In this document: positions 9,360 to 19,148 of the stretch, piece after piece
Layout of the letters: the number at the start of each line of letters is the position of its first letter
How positions within the stretch are numbered: position 1 is the first letter of the stretch
DNA from: Bacteroidales bacterium
Lineage (GTDB): Bacteria; Bacteroidota; Bacteroidia; Bacteroidales; UBA932
NCBI GenBank assembly: GCA_017506825.1
Contig: JAFVMQ010000077.1
Location: 1-52,054, forward strand
Direction of reading: 5' to 3'
Length of the DNA stretch: 52,054 nt
Made by a program: the position numbers and the translations under genes
The notes under the pieces: generated by a model
Database searches by the model: none
What the model was told of the DNA's origin: nothing
The model's input: the letters and a program-made list of their open reading frames with translations, nothing else

Positions 9360-11597
9360 CTACTTAAGATTAAACGCAACAGTAGATCTTACATCCTCTG
9401 ATGAAGAGCCGAGAAGTGCCTTGAACTCACCTGGCTCGGCAACCCACTCATGCTTTGCCGCATCGAAGTAGCTGAGGTCCTCAGCATCGATCTCGAATGT
9501 GACGGTCTTCTTCTCACCAGCCTTGAGCCATATCTTCTCGAAGCCCTTGAGCTCCTTTGCAGGACGGTCGATGGATGCTTCTGTGTCAGCGATATAGAGC
9601 TGGACAACCTCTGCACCGTCATACTTGCCTGTGTTTGCAACATCGACAGAAACCTTGAGGGTTCCGTCAGCAGTCATAGACGGCTTCGCTGCCTTTGCAT
9701 TGCTGTACTCGAATGTAGTATAGCTGAGTCCGTGTCCGAACGGGAACTGTACAGGGATGTTCTTGCTTGCGTACCATCTGTAGCCTACATATACGCCTTC
9801 GCTGTAGTGTGTCTGCCAGAACTCGTCACCCTCAGCCTTGATACCAGGGTACTGAGCCTCGGTCTTGATAGGACCGTCCTCATACTTGAACGGAACAGAG
9901 AAAGGAAGTCTTCCTGAAGGGTTCACCTTGCCGGTAAGAACGTCAGCAAGCGCGTTACCTGTCTCTGTACCGCCGTACCATCCCTGAACGATGGCATCAG
10001 CCTTGTCAGCCCAAGGCATAGCCACAGCTGAACCGGAGATGTTCACTACTACGAGTTTCTTTGCCACTTCTGCAAGAGCAAGGATGACATCCTCCTGATC
10101 GTAAGGAAGAGTGATCTGGAGACGGTCTGTGCTCTCGTTGTCCTGATGTGCACTCTTGTTGAGACCGCCGACGAAGATTACATAGTCGGCATCCTTCGCT
10201 TCCTTTACAGCCTCTGCGATAAGTTCCTTTGGAGAGCGGTTGTCAGTAAGGTCCTGACCTGTATCGACTGCGTTGTAAGATGTAGAAGTGTCACCCACAT
10301 ATCCGCGTGCCCATACAACCTCAGCCTTGTCGCCATAAGCGTTCTGGATACCTTCGAGAGGATTAACTTCGTAAGCCGTCTTGAGGTTCGAGCTACCGCC
10401 GCCCACAACCATCTTCTTCACGACATTCTCACCTACCATGAGGATCTTTCCACCCTCTGGAACCTGGAGAGGAAGTGCGTTGTCCTCGTTCTTGAGGAGA
10501 ACCACACCTGCAGCGGAGATTTCACGAGCAGCCTGATAGTGCTCAGGACATACGAAACGGCCGTAGTTAGGCTCAGGACGCATGCTTGTGCGGAAAATGA
10601 GTCGGAGGATACGGCGCACCTTGTCGTCAAGTTCCTTTGTCGTATACTTGCCTTCGCGGAGACCCTTGAGGTATGGGTCCGCCATGTGGTAGTTCCTGTA
10701 GCTGTTGCTTGCTGCTCCGGTAAGACCGTTGGTCCATGTACCCATCTCGATGTCAAGACCATTGAGGACAGCCTCTTCACTGTCGCGGCATCCGCCCCAG
10801 TCGCTGACTACAACACCGTCGAAGCCCCATTCTCCTTTGAGGATGTCTACGAGGAGCTTCTTGTTGTGGCAGTTGAACTGACCGTTGTAGAGGTTGTATG
10901 AACCCATGATCGACCATGCGTTACCCTCCTGGACAGCCGCCTTGAATGCAGGGAGATATATTTCATAAAGGGTTCTGTCGTCTACCACAGAGTTAGACTG
11001 TGTACGCTGGAACTCCTGATTGTTTACAGCATAGTGCTTTACGCAGGCTGCCACACCGTTTTCCTGGACACCTTTTACGTATGGAACAACCATCTGACCT
11101 GCAAGATAAGGGTCCTCGCCCATATACTCGAAGTTACGTCCGTTGAGCGGAGTACGGCAGATGTTGATACCAGGACCGAGAAGGATATCCTTCTTGCGGT
11201 AACGAGCCTCTTCACCGATGCTGCGTCCGTAAAGGAGAGACATCTCCTTGTCCCATGTTGCAGCAAGGTTTACGAGAGCCGGGAAAGCAGTACAAGAGTC
11301 GTTTGTCCAACCTGCCTGATCCCACTCATCCCAAAGAACCTCAGGACGGATGCCGTGAGGACCGTCGGTGTGCCATACTTCAGGAATACCCAGACGCGGA
11401 ACACCGCGTGAGCTGAACTTTGACTGAGCGGTAGTCATTCCTACCTTCTCCTCGAGAGTCATGCGCGAAAGCGCATCCTCGACCCTGTCCTCTACAGGGG
11501 CGTTAGGATTAAGGTAAGTCGGACCGTCGAATTTCGGCTGAGAGCAGCAAGATGCGAGAACAAATGCTGCCGCAGAAAGAATAAAGATTTTTTTCAT
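9360..11597 (-). CDS. GH3 beta-glycosidase lipoprotein with C-terminal Fn3-like domain
   Basis: DGPHG, GRNFEY.GEDP, VKHY, VVSDWG (nucleophile) and FPFGHGLSYT. Start reassigned to 11597 (MKKIFILSAAAFVLAS-C). Confidence 0.95.
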   Translation of the reverse strand: MKKIFILSAAAFVLASCCSQPKFDGPTYLNPNAPVEDRVEDALSRMTLEEKVGMTTAQSKFSSRGVPRLGIPEVWHTDGPHGIRPEVLWDEWDQAGWTNDSCTAFPALVNLAATWDKEMSLLYGRSIGEEARYRKKDILLGPGINICRTPLNGRNFEYMGEDPYLAGQMVVPYVKGVQENGVAACVKHYAVNNQEFQRTQSNSVVDDRTLYEIYLPAFKAAVQEGNAWSIMGSYNLYNGQFNCHNKKLLVDILKGEWGFDGVVVSDWGGCRDSEEAVLNGLDIEMGTWTNGLTGAASNSYRNYHMADPYLKGLREGKYTTKELDDKVRRILRLIFRTSMRPEPNYGRFVCPEHYQAAREISAAGVVLLKNEDNALPLQVPEGGKILMVGENVVKKMVVGGGSSNLKTAYEVNPLEGIQNAYGDKAEVVWARGYVGDTSTSYNAVDTGQDLTDNRSPKELIAEAVKEAKDADYVIFVGGLNKSAHQDNESTDRLQITLPYDQEDVILALAEVAKKLVVVNISGSAVAMPWADKADAIVQGWYGGTETGNALADVLTGKVNPSGRLPFSVPFKYEDGPIKTEAQYPGIKAEGDEFWQTHYSEGVYVGYRWYASKNIPVQFPFGHGLSYTTFEYSNAKAAKPSMTADGTLKVSVDVANTGKYDGAEVVQLYIADTEASIDRPAKELKGFEKIWLKAGEKKTVTFEIDAEDLSYFDAAKHEWVAEPGEFKALLGSSSEDVRSTVAFNLK

Positions 11598-11628
11598 ATC
11601 AAGTGTGTTATTGATTATTCGGTTCAAC

Positions 11629-12522
11629 CTACAAATATAACAATTTATACTCTATGTCAAATTCAAAAGTTTCACCGGGAGCAATATTGAAGTCAATATA
11701 AGGCTCTATGCAGGCAATCAGGTGGTAAGACCAGAAAACCGCCTTTGTCATCGGCAAGGCGCATTTCATGCTTACGCCTCTGCCGGTTGATGTCTCCCTG
11801 AGTTCGAAAGCATTTGGACTTCCTGCAAGACCGCAACCGTATTCATGGATATTTCCTGTATATACGGATTCTCCTTTCTGAAGCGCCCTTGTAAAGCGGA
11901 TTCCGTTTTCTGTAAAGCCGACTTCTGAATATTCGGCACGCCAGTCCCCTTCCGGCTTGAAAGGGAAGTCGAGCTGTCTTGAAGGACCTGTCTCCAGCAG
12001 ACCGAGGGTGAAGAAATTGTGGTTGTATACGTCTCCCTTCAATGTTTTTCTGCCCTTGTTAAAGAGTTTGTGCCGGATGCTGAAACTATCTTCTCCTGTC
12101 AGAGTGATTTCTTTGAGATACTCATAGGCATAGCCCAGGTCGGAATCCATGAAATGTCCCTGTACTATCGAGTCTTCAGTCACGCATAAGGTTCTCTTTC
12201 CCGGATCAAGGATATTGTGGAGCTTGAACCTGTCGTATTCTCCCTCCATCTTCTCCAGCATGCCGACTCCTATCTTCAGGAAAGGTCCGCCTGTCTTTGC
12301 TTCTTCCAATCCTATAGGAGAGAATTCCTCTGCAGGACCGCACACGGCATCATGTGCCACAGGAGAATATTTTTCGAACCAAGGTTCTGTATAGTTGCAT
12401 CCGCGGTAAGTGATGCTTTCGAATACTCCCGCCCTATCGAAGCGGGTACCACGATAATAACCCTTCTCGCCGTCCGGGGCGTGAAGGGTTATCTTCAATG
12501 TGTCGTTGCTTATATGTATCAT
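11629..12522 (-). CDS. Galactose mutarotase/aldose 1-epimerase-like protein
   Basis: Beta-sandwich pattern with YNHNFF and C-terminal ACIEPY..IAPGET motifs; no signal peptide. Confidence 0.6.
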   Translation of the reverse strand: MIHISNDTLKITLHAPDGEKGYYRGTRFDRAGVFESITYRGCNYTEPWFEKYSPVAHDAVCGPAEEFSPIGLEEAKTGGPFLKIGVGMLEKMEGEYDRFKLHNILDPGKRTLCVTEDSIVQGHFMDSDLGYAYEYLKEITLTGEDSFSIRHKLFNKGRKTLKGDVYNHNFFTLGLLETGPSRQLDFPFKPEGDWRAEYSEVGFTENGIRFTRALQKGESVYTGNIHEYGCGLAGSPNAFELRETSTGRGVSMKCALPMTKAVFWSYHLIACIEPYIDFNIAPGETFEFDIEYKLLYL

Positions 12523-12529
12523 GTCGTAT

Positions 12530-12556
12530 GGATTCCCGAACAGGTCGGGAATGACG
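12530..12556 (-). repeat. CGTC-type REP palindrome (intergenic)
   Basis: The minus strand reads CGTCATTCCCGACCTGTTCGGGAATCC, closely similar to the copy at 20044-20070. Confidence 0.75.
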
Positions 12557-12561
12557 TAAAA

Positions 12562-14577
12562 TTACAGTCGTGTAGGGAATTCGGTTACTCGGAGAGTAGT
12601 GCATCCGTAAGGGATGAGTTCGATCCAGACTTCCTCGCCGGTATCGTCTCCGTCCTCGCGATAATACGCGATCTGGCCGGTAGAGCCGTTATATTCCTTC
12701 CATGGCTTGATGACGAAAGCCTTTGCTCTGATGCTTACCGGAGCATTATCGACATTCCATGGGTATGAACCGGTGTTTTCTCGAACTTCCACCTGGAAAT
12801 TCTCCTTCATCAGTTCCGGAGTCATGTCCTGGAGTCTGAATCCGTAGTTCCAAGGAGTATCGGATATGCAGGTGTAGTAATAAGGACCGTATTTTCCTTC
12901 GTATGATGCCTCGAACTCATGCTTCTCCCACTTCTCTTCCATCTTCAGTGCATACACGAGAGGACCGCGTTCCACAACTGTAGCTCCGTCATACCAATGG
13001 CTGATGCTTACTTCCATCGGGAATTCGAGGGTCACGACATCTCCCTTTGCCCATCTTCTGCTGATGCGGACTGTCTCTCCAGCCTGAGGAGCTTCGTATG
13101 CTGTCTCTCCGTTTACAAGCACCTTTGCATCCTTGCACCACTCAGGGATACGGAAATACATAGGGAAATATACGCTCTTGACCTTCTTTGAAGGGAAGTC
13201 TATGGTAAATCTGACAGTTTCGTCGAAAGGATAGAATGTCTCTTCCTTTACGGTTACTTCAACATTTTCCGCTACTGTCGCCGTAACTGCAGAAGGAGCA
13301 TATATCAATGCCGCCAGACCTCCGTCCATGCTTGCGTACCAGAGGTTCTGGGTAAACTTAGGCCATCCCTGATGCATGTTGCATGAGCAGCATGGGTAAC
13401 CGTTGAGGACTCCGAAAAGGTTGTCATTGTCCTCGTGCTGGGTCACGAAGTTCCTCCATTCGCGAGAGCATGCTATCTGGTTGGTCTGCTGGTAGTACTG
13501 GCGTCCGTCATAAGCATCTGTCGCCTGAGTCGGAAGAGCGTTGTATGCAACTCTTTCGAGGTGGTCCGCCCACTGGAGGTCGCCTGTCGCCTGCAGCATC
13601 TCTTCGAGAGAATACATCATCTCTACCGCGGTACAAAGCTCGGATCCGCGGGTAGGGTCTCCGAAATGGACCTGCTCGTCACCTGCCCAGAGACCGGTAG
13701 GGAGACCGAATGTATGTCTGATGGTCTTCAAAGCATTCTTGGGAGCGTTCAGATCCTTGGGGTCATGCGATCTCTGCCACCATATGACCGGCTCCTTGAA
13801 GCCATGGGCGAGGTTTACCGTATGCATCGAATTCTGGGTTCTCAGCTCGTTTGTCTCTCCCCAGAACATAGCTGTCCACGGGGTGGTCTGACTGTGGATG
13901 AGGTCTCCGAGTTCGAGAAGGAATTCCTCGCCGGTAATATTATAGAGCCAGTATACCATGTCGAGGTTGTCGCCTCCGCGCCACTCTCCCCAGAATGTCC
14001 AGTAATCGAGAGGTTTTTCCGGAAGATTTGCCAGCTGATACTTGAAATAACCTGTCATGACATCGATCACGCGGGAATCTCCGGTCGCCATATAATACTG
14101 TTTCAATATCTTCAGAGCCACCATTTTAGGCCACCAGTCCTCTGCCTTTCCCCTCTGGAAACCTTCGATATACTGACGGGATATCCTGTTGCCGAAGTAG
14201 CCGTCTTCGTGGACCATGGTCAGCATGGATTCTGTCCATACCTTCGACTTTGCGATAAGTTCCTCGTCGCCGAGGATATATGCCAGCGGAACAAGTCCGT
14301 CGAGCCAGTATGGACCGCGTTCCCATGTGTCACCTTCTCCGCCGATCCATGCGTTGTCGGCGCCTACCACTTCGCTGTAAAGCTCGTCGAGATGACCGGT
14401 CATTCCGTCCTTCTGACGCAGAAGCTGGTCAAGAAGCCAGCCTTCGGCCTTGATCGCCCCTATCGGAAGCTCTGCGAAATCTGTCTGTGCAAGAGGATGA
14501 CGGTTGAATACATAGTCCTGGGCTGCTGCAGACAGGACCGAAACAGCAAATAATGCAGATAGTATAAGTTTTTTCAT
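12562..14577 (-). CDS. GH127/GH146-like (beta-L-arabinofuranosidase domain) glycoside hydrolase, secreted
   Basis: GWL..QL..Q..G.TG.L, WERGPYWLDG, H.VN, ELC, E...YNALP, PCC..N..QGWPK, YPF, RIP.W and RGPLVY. Signal peptide MKKLILSALFAVSVLSAAA. Confidence 0.85.
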   Translation of the reverse strand: MKKLILSALFAVSVLSAAAQDYVFNRHPLAQTDFAELPIGAIKAEGWLLDQLLRQKDGMTGHLDELYSEVVGADNAWIGGEGDTWERGPYWLDGLVPLAYILGDEELIAKSKVWTESMLTMVHEDGYFGNRISRQYIEGFQRGKAEDWWPKMVALKILKQYYMATGDSRVIDVMTGYFKYQLANLPEKPLDYWTFWGEWRGGDNLDMVYWLYNITGEEFLLELGDLIHSQTTPWTAMFWGETNELRTQNSMHTVNLAHGFKEPVIWWQRSHDPKDLNAPKNALKTIRHTFGLPTGLWAGDEQVHFGDPTRGSELCTAVEMMYSLEEMLQATGDLQWADHLERVAYNALPTQATDAYDGRQYYQQTNQIACSREWRNFVTQHEDNDNLFGVLNGYPCCSCNMHQGWPKFTQNLWYASMDGGLAALIYAPSAVTATVAENVEVTVKEETFYPFDETVRFTIDFPSKKVKSVYFPMYFRIPEWCKDAKVLVNGETAYEAPQAGETVRISRRWAKGDVVTLEFPMEVSISHWYDGATVVERGPLVYALKMEEKWEKHEFEASYEGKYGPYYYTCISDTPWNYGFRLQDMTPELMKENFQVEVRENTGSYPWNVDNAPVSIRAKAFVIKPWKEYNGSTGQIAYYREDGDDTGEEVWIELIPYGCTTLRVTEFPTRL

Positions 14578-14586
14578 AATCATTGT

Positions 14587-16227
14587 TTACTTCTTGAAGA
14601 AACCGAGGGTGGATTTCACAACACGCCAGTTGCTGCCGTCCATGTGGTTGATCATTCCTGCCCCGTTGACCCACATACCTGTCGATCCGCCGCCGTCGAG
14701 GTTCATGGCATGGACGCATCCGATGCTCTTCATTATCGGACCGAGTTCCTTGATATATGCTCCCTGGCTGTCGTCGATGCGTCCGTCGCAGATGAAAAGT
14801 ACGATCTTTCCGTCCTCGGTAACACCTACGGCAGTCCTGTCCGGATGGGCGGAGTATATGCCGGATTCATCCCAGCATTCGAAGTTGGTATAGTAGTGGG
14901 TGTCATCGACCATTGAATTGTCCGCAGCAACCTTTCCGTCATAAAGGACCATCGGGCCGCAGCTGATCGCATAGTGCGGATTCCAATCGATGGCCGCTAC
15001 AGGAGATGTCGCGCTTACCTTTGGATATTTTGCCTGACCTACGACATTAGGCTGAGGTCTGTCATAATAGTAGAATGTACCCTGCTGAGGCACTCCAACC
15101 CAGTATGCGTCTGCTTTTCCGTTCCGGTCGACTCCGATTATCGGGCGGGTGAGCTGATACAGCTGGCTGTTTGTAGCCCAGTGGCATCCTTCGATCTCGC
15201 CATGCCACTCCTGGGTCATTTCTCCTTCTGTGATTATGACACCGATGTTGTAGTTTCCGAAGATGGCTCCGTTGATCAAGGCAAGACAGTCTCCTGCCGC
15301 CTCAGCCTGAGCGGCAACTGTCTTCTTGGAACCGACCGTTTCAGGATAGAGTACCCTGAAGTCAACCTTTGACGGATCTGCAACAGCGTACCATGCATTG
15401 AAGTTACGTCCGTTGAGCTGGGTTTCAGTCTTGTAGACTTCCACATACTCGCCAAGACCTTCGTATGTCTGTTTCACCCAGTCGAACTGCGGAGCTTCAG
15501 GCTGGGCGTCCAGCTTTACGACCTGAGGTTCGCTGTAACGGTAGGTATCCCCGTCCTTTACAAAGACGCTCATCTGATATTCCTTTCCGTCTTCGAGATA
15601 TGCGTTGGGTACAACCTGAAGGATCTCGGTATTTGCTCCAAGCTGAGGTCCGTAAGCCTTTATGTCATTTACGGAAGGAGTTCCGCTTTCGCTGAAGCAT
15701 ACTCCATGTTCGGGGTTGGAGCCGGAGATCTTCTCGACCTTGTAAGATACGGCTATATAGGCATACGAAATCTTTACTGCCGTAACCTGAGGAATCTTTG
15801 TCAGATCGACTGACGGTTCCTCCGGTTGTTCAGGTTCCTCCGGTTGTTCAGGTTCCTCTGCAGCAGGTATCTGATAGTCGTTCAGCCAGACTGTTTTCGA
15901 GTGGAGATTGAAATCAGAAGATATGGCCTGCACTCCGAAGTCATACAGCGAACCGCTCGAAAGATTTGTGAACACATATTCTGCTGCATCCGGGTCGAGA
16001 GTTGCCAGAGGCTCTACCGTAAACGGATCACCTTCTCCACGGAGGAACACCCTGTAGCCCTTCTCTCCCTGGGCATTGTCTGTCCAGGTAAGCTTTACTG
16101 TCGTCAGATCCTGCTGTTCGACCTCGAGACCGCTGGGATCGGCAAGGAGTGCGGATGTTTCCTCTCCCACCTTTTCCTGACAGGCGATTGCAACCGCCAG
16201 TGCAAAAATCAATGACATTTTCTTCAT
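14587..16227 (-). CDS. Lipoprotein: FN3 domain, Pro/Glu linker and NAGPA-like phosphodiester glycosidase domain
   Basis: Lipobox AIA-C; FN3 (LTWTDN..YRVF..YDFGVQA); C-terminal AISCGPMV, HPDRTAVG, DGR and AMNLDGGGST. Confidence 0.85.
   Translation of the reverse strand: MKKMSLIFALAVAIACQEKVGEETSALLADPSGLEVEQQDLTTVKLTWTDNAQGEKGYRVFLRGEGDPFTVEPLATLDPDAAEYVFTNLSSGSLYDFGVQAISSDFNLHSKTVWLNDYQIPAAEEPEQPEEPEQPEEPSVDLTKIPQVTAVKISYAYIAVSYKVEKISGSNPEHGVCFSESGTPSVNDIKAYGPQLGANTEILQVVPNAYLEDGKEYQMSVFVKDGDTYRYSEPQVVKLDAQPEAPQFDWVKQTYEGLGEYVEVYKTETQLNGRNFNAWYAVADPSKVDFRVLYPETVGSKKTVAAQAEAAGDCLALINGAIFGNYNIGVIITEGEMTQEWHGEIEGCHWATNSQLYQLTRPIIGVDRNGKADAYWVGVPQQGTFYYYDRPQPNVVGQAKYPKVSATSPVAAIDWNPHYAISCGPMVLYDGKVAADNSMVDDTHYYTNFECWDESGIYSAHPDRTAVGVTEDGKIVLFICDGRIDDSQGAYIKELGPIMKSIGCVHAMNLDGGGSTGMWVNGAGMINHMDGSNWRVVKSTLGFFKK
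15815..15858. repeat. 18-bp coding tandem repeat (EEPEQP linker)
   Basis: GGTTCCTCCGGTTGTTCA twice, plus an 8-bp partial copy. Confidence 0.9.
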
Positions 16228-16238
16228 ATGGTTTTCAA

Positions 16239-19136
16239 TTAATGTTTTGCATCGAGGATGAACTCGCAGAGTTCGCGGTAAATCTCTATATCCTCCTCTG
16301 CTTTAGAGTTTGCAAGCTCGTTCATTGCATCGGAACCTGAATAAAGCACGATAGGTTTCTTGCCGTAGATGTCATAATCTTTGGCTGCCTGGAAATAAGA
16401 TCTGAGATTATTCTTGTTCCTTTCGCCAGCATTATTGACTGAGCCGTCTGTCCTGTAATAAAGAATGGATGAGCCGCCGTTTGTAAGATCTTCGCCATGT
16501 GTTCCCTCAAATTCGAGTTCCATACCCATTCCGTACTGGTTGATGTAGCTGCTGCATGTGGTATCCCAGGAACGGCTGTCGTTGTAGTCCCAGTATTCTC
16601 CAGGCTGAAGGACTGTGACGTCGAATCCGTAATCCTCCCATGCCTTCAAGGCAGCATTGTGCTTACTGTCGTTCGACTGATAACCGTAAGGAATCCAGTA
16701 GAAGCCCTCCTTGTATCCGTGGCAATATTCTGCGACGTCCGACAGCACTGACTTCCACTCCTTATACTGCTTGTTATAGTCGGACAGGGTCTCCTGCAGC
16801 ACATAGAATCCTCCGAGTTCGATATGCTTGTAGTCTTTTGATGCAAATTTTGCACGAACCTGGTCGATCATCCACTTGTATGCCTTCGTTCTGCCGGCGA
16901 TTGTCGAGAAGTCGGCTGTGGTTCCGTCTTCATACTTGCCCCAGTATGTTGTTGATGAAGACTTGTCTGTAAATGTTTCGCAGTATACAGGGTCAGGAAG
17001 AACAAAGATGACCAGCCTTTTGGTCTCAGGATCGCCAATCTTCTGTGCTGCCTCATCAAGACAGTCGTCCAATGCCTGGAATCCGTATGTGTTGTCAAAC
17101 CAATAGTTTATGAGCGAGGTCCACTCTTCCTTGCGTCCGGACTTGTTTCCGCTGTCATCATAGTTGAGCGTATATCCCTTCATGCTGAATTCCAATGCGA
17201 GGAAGGCGTCAAAAAGGTAGTGCATCTTTCCTTCTTCATCTGTATAGAGAGCATGGGATGCAAAACGTTCCTTGTCCCAGTATGTAGGAACACGCCAGAG
17301 GTCTCCTCCATAGCAGAGTGTCATGTCCGACCATGTCGGCACTCCGGTGCGGCTCTTCTCCCAGTCGAACAGTTCTGTAGTAGGCTCGATTATGCGGACC
17401 TCCTTTTCGACAATGTCAGAATTTCTTGACATAGAAACACTGTTGACGCTCTGGACGCCGAGGTAGTATGTCTTGCCGTATTCGAGTTGTTTGTAGAATT
17501 TGTGGGACCTGTCATCCTTTCCCTTTTCAGCCATGAAGCTCTTGCTCCATTTCTGACCATCCTCGCGGATGAATACATTGAATCCGGTAGCGACGCTCGA
17601 ATAGCATTCCCATGAAATGGTGGCCTGCTGTCCGTCAACTGACACTGCAACCTGTTCCGGCTTGAGACATTCGTTTGCGCCCATGTCCACATCGAGGAGA
17701 TCTTCCCATGTAAGAGCTACGAACGGATCAAAATAAATCACACCGGAATTGTTTTCAGCAGATTCTTTGTGTAAGGCCTGTATTCCGAATTCATATGTAT
17801 GTCCTGCAACAACTCCTGTCGTGTATGTTGTTACATTTGCATCCAATGTTGCTGTATTGACAATCTGCTCACCGCCTCCGTTTTCCTTCTTCCAGAACAT
17901 GTAGTTCTTCTCGGCGCCGGTGTTGTCCATCCATGTGACTGTTACCTGCGTTTCGTTGATCTGCTCTATCGAAACAGGTGTCGGAGGAATGCATTTGTTG
18001 CCGTTGAGCCATACGTTGTTTTTCCATACGATCTCAGAAGGCTTTCCTGAAGTCTTCAATGTCTGTACACCGAAATCGTAAGCAGTGTCGATCTCCAATC
18101 CGGTAACCTGAGCGGACATGGTGGATTTGTCGTTTACTTCCACGGTCTTGAGAATCCCGGCAGTACCTGTCTTGCGCACGTACACCTTGTATCCGGCGCG
18201 AGGGTCGTCCTGACCTCCCGGTATGGTATAGTTCCATGTCCATGATACGGTTGCCGTCATCCAGTCCGGAGAGACACTGATGCTTGTCGGTCCTGCAACA
18301 GAATTCCATCCGAAGGTAAGACCTTCAGGATCGAACAGCATCACATTGTCGTTTCTATTCAGTTTCAGCTCTTTTGTCGAACTGTAGATGCTTTTGAGAT
18401 AAGGCAGGCTGGCGCTTGTGAATACAATGTCAAATCCGGAATAGTCCCCGGGATATGCGACAAAATAATAGATGTCACCCGCTTTTTTTTCATTGCCCAA
18501 TGTCATCTGTACATAGTCAGCGGCATCTGAAGCCGGAGCTGCTGTCGGATTTCCGTCATTGTAATCGATCATAGCCTTGCCGCTCATCTTTGCGCCCGGG
18601 TCCTTGCTGATGATTTTTATCGATCCGGCATAACCGGTAGGTGATTTCACAGCAAGCAGAGCTCCGACATTCCTGAAATAAAGGTCGCTTCCTTCTGTCT
18701 TTGCGATTGAAAGGTTCATCCCGTCAGCGAAGGTGTCTGCAATACCTGTCTGCTCTGTCGGAAGAACGGCAGTTACGGTCTCGTCGTCTGATGAATAAAT
18801 CGCATCATCCTGGGCAGGGTAGATAGCATAATATGTGTTTGCAAGAGCGACTTCGCCTTTGAATACTGCGGTTCTGCTGTCGTTCGATACCGTTACGTCA
18901 GAGAACCTCTTGCCAGAGGTATTGCCGTCGAAGACGGTTATATGGTCGGTGCTTTTCCAAAGAATCCTGAACTCTTCGTCCAATGCTGTCCTGGTTTCTG
19001 CCTCCACATCCGAATGTGCGGTAAACTCCATCGGAACAACATTGCCTTCGTCCGACATACGCTGGATTTCCACTACACATGAAACAGCAGCAAAAGATGC
19101 TGCAACCAATAATGCTGATTCAATTAATCTTTTCAT
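16239..19136 (-). CDS. Multidomain lipoprotein: fimbrillin-like N-terminal domain, about three FN3 domains and a DUF4855-like TIM-barrel domain
   Basis: Lipobox AVS-C, then ETRT, W...D.I.VF, YYAIYP, LP.EQ and L.FRN (fimbrillin-like). Repeated W...Y.FGVQ FN3 units. The C-terminal ~375 aa (LPDP, GFYVLQE, YWIPY, LQP, GMELEFEGTHG) match the two paralogs at 32154 and 33360. Confidence 0.75.
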   Translation of the reverse strand: MKRLIESALLVAASFAAVSCVVEIQRMSDEGNVVPMEFTAHSDVEAETRTALDEEFRILWKSTDHITVFDGNTSGKRFSDVTVSNDSRTAVFKGEVALANTYYAIYPAQDDAIYSSDDETVTAVLPTEQTGIADTFADGMNLSIAKTEGSDLYFRNVGALLAVKSPTGYAGSIKIISKDPGAKMSGKAMIDYNDGNPTAAPASDAADYVQMTLGNEKKAGDIYYFVAYPGDYSGFDIVFTSASLPYLKSIYSSTKELKLNRNDNVMLFDPEGLTFGWNSVAGPTSISVSPDWMTATVSWTWNYTIPGGQDDPRAGYKVYVRKTGTAGILKTVEVNDKSTMSAQVTGLEIDTAYDFGVQTLKTSGKPSEIVWKNNVWLNGNKCIPPTPVSIEQINETQVTVTWMDNTGAEKNYMFWKKENGGGEQIVNTATLDANVTTYTTGVVAGHTYEFGIQALHKESAENNSGVIYFDPFVALTWEDLLDVDMGANECLKPEQVAVSVDGQQATISWECYSSVATGFNVFIREDGQKWSKSFMAEKGKDDRSHKFYKQLEYGKTYYLGVQSVNSVSMSRNSDIVEKEVRIIEPTTELFDWEKSRTGVPTWSDMTLCYGGDLWRVPTYWDKERFASHALYTDEEGKMHYLFDAFLALEFSMKGYTLNYDDSGNKSGRKEEWTSLINYWFDNTYGFQALDDCLDEAAQKIGDPETKRLVIFVLPDPVYCETFTDKSSSTTYWGKYEDGTTADFSTIAGRTKAYKWMIDQVRAKFASKDYKHIELGGFYVLQETLSDYNKQYKEWKSVLSDVAEYCHGYKEGFYWIPYGYQSNDSKHNAALKAWEDYGFDVTVLQPGEYWDYNDSRSWDTTCSSYINQYGMGMELEFEGTHGEDLTNGGSSILYYRTDGSVNNAGERNKNNLRSYFQAAKDYDIYGKKPIVLYSGSDAMNELANSKAEEDIEIYRELCEFILDAKH

Positions 19137-19148
19137 ACCATCAGTTTG

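Noticed and set aside
15815-15858. Tandem repeat as a CRISPR array or phase-variation tract
   Set aside because: In-frame 18-bp units with no spacers encode a Pro/Glu linker. No CRISPR array or cas gene was seen in the window.
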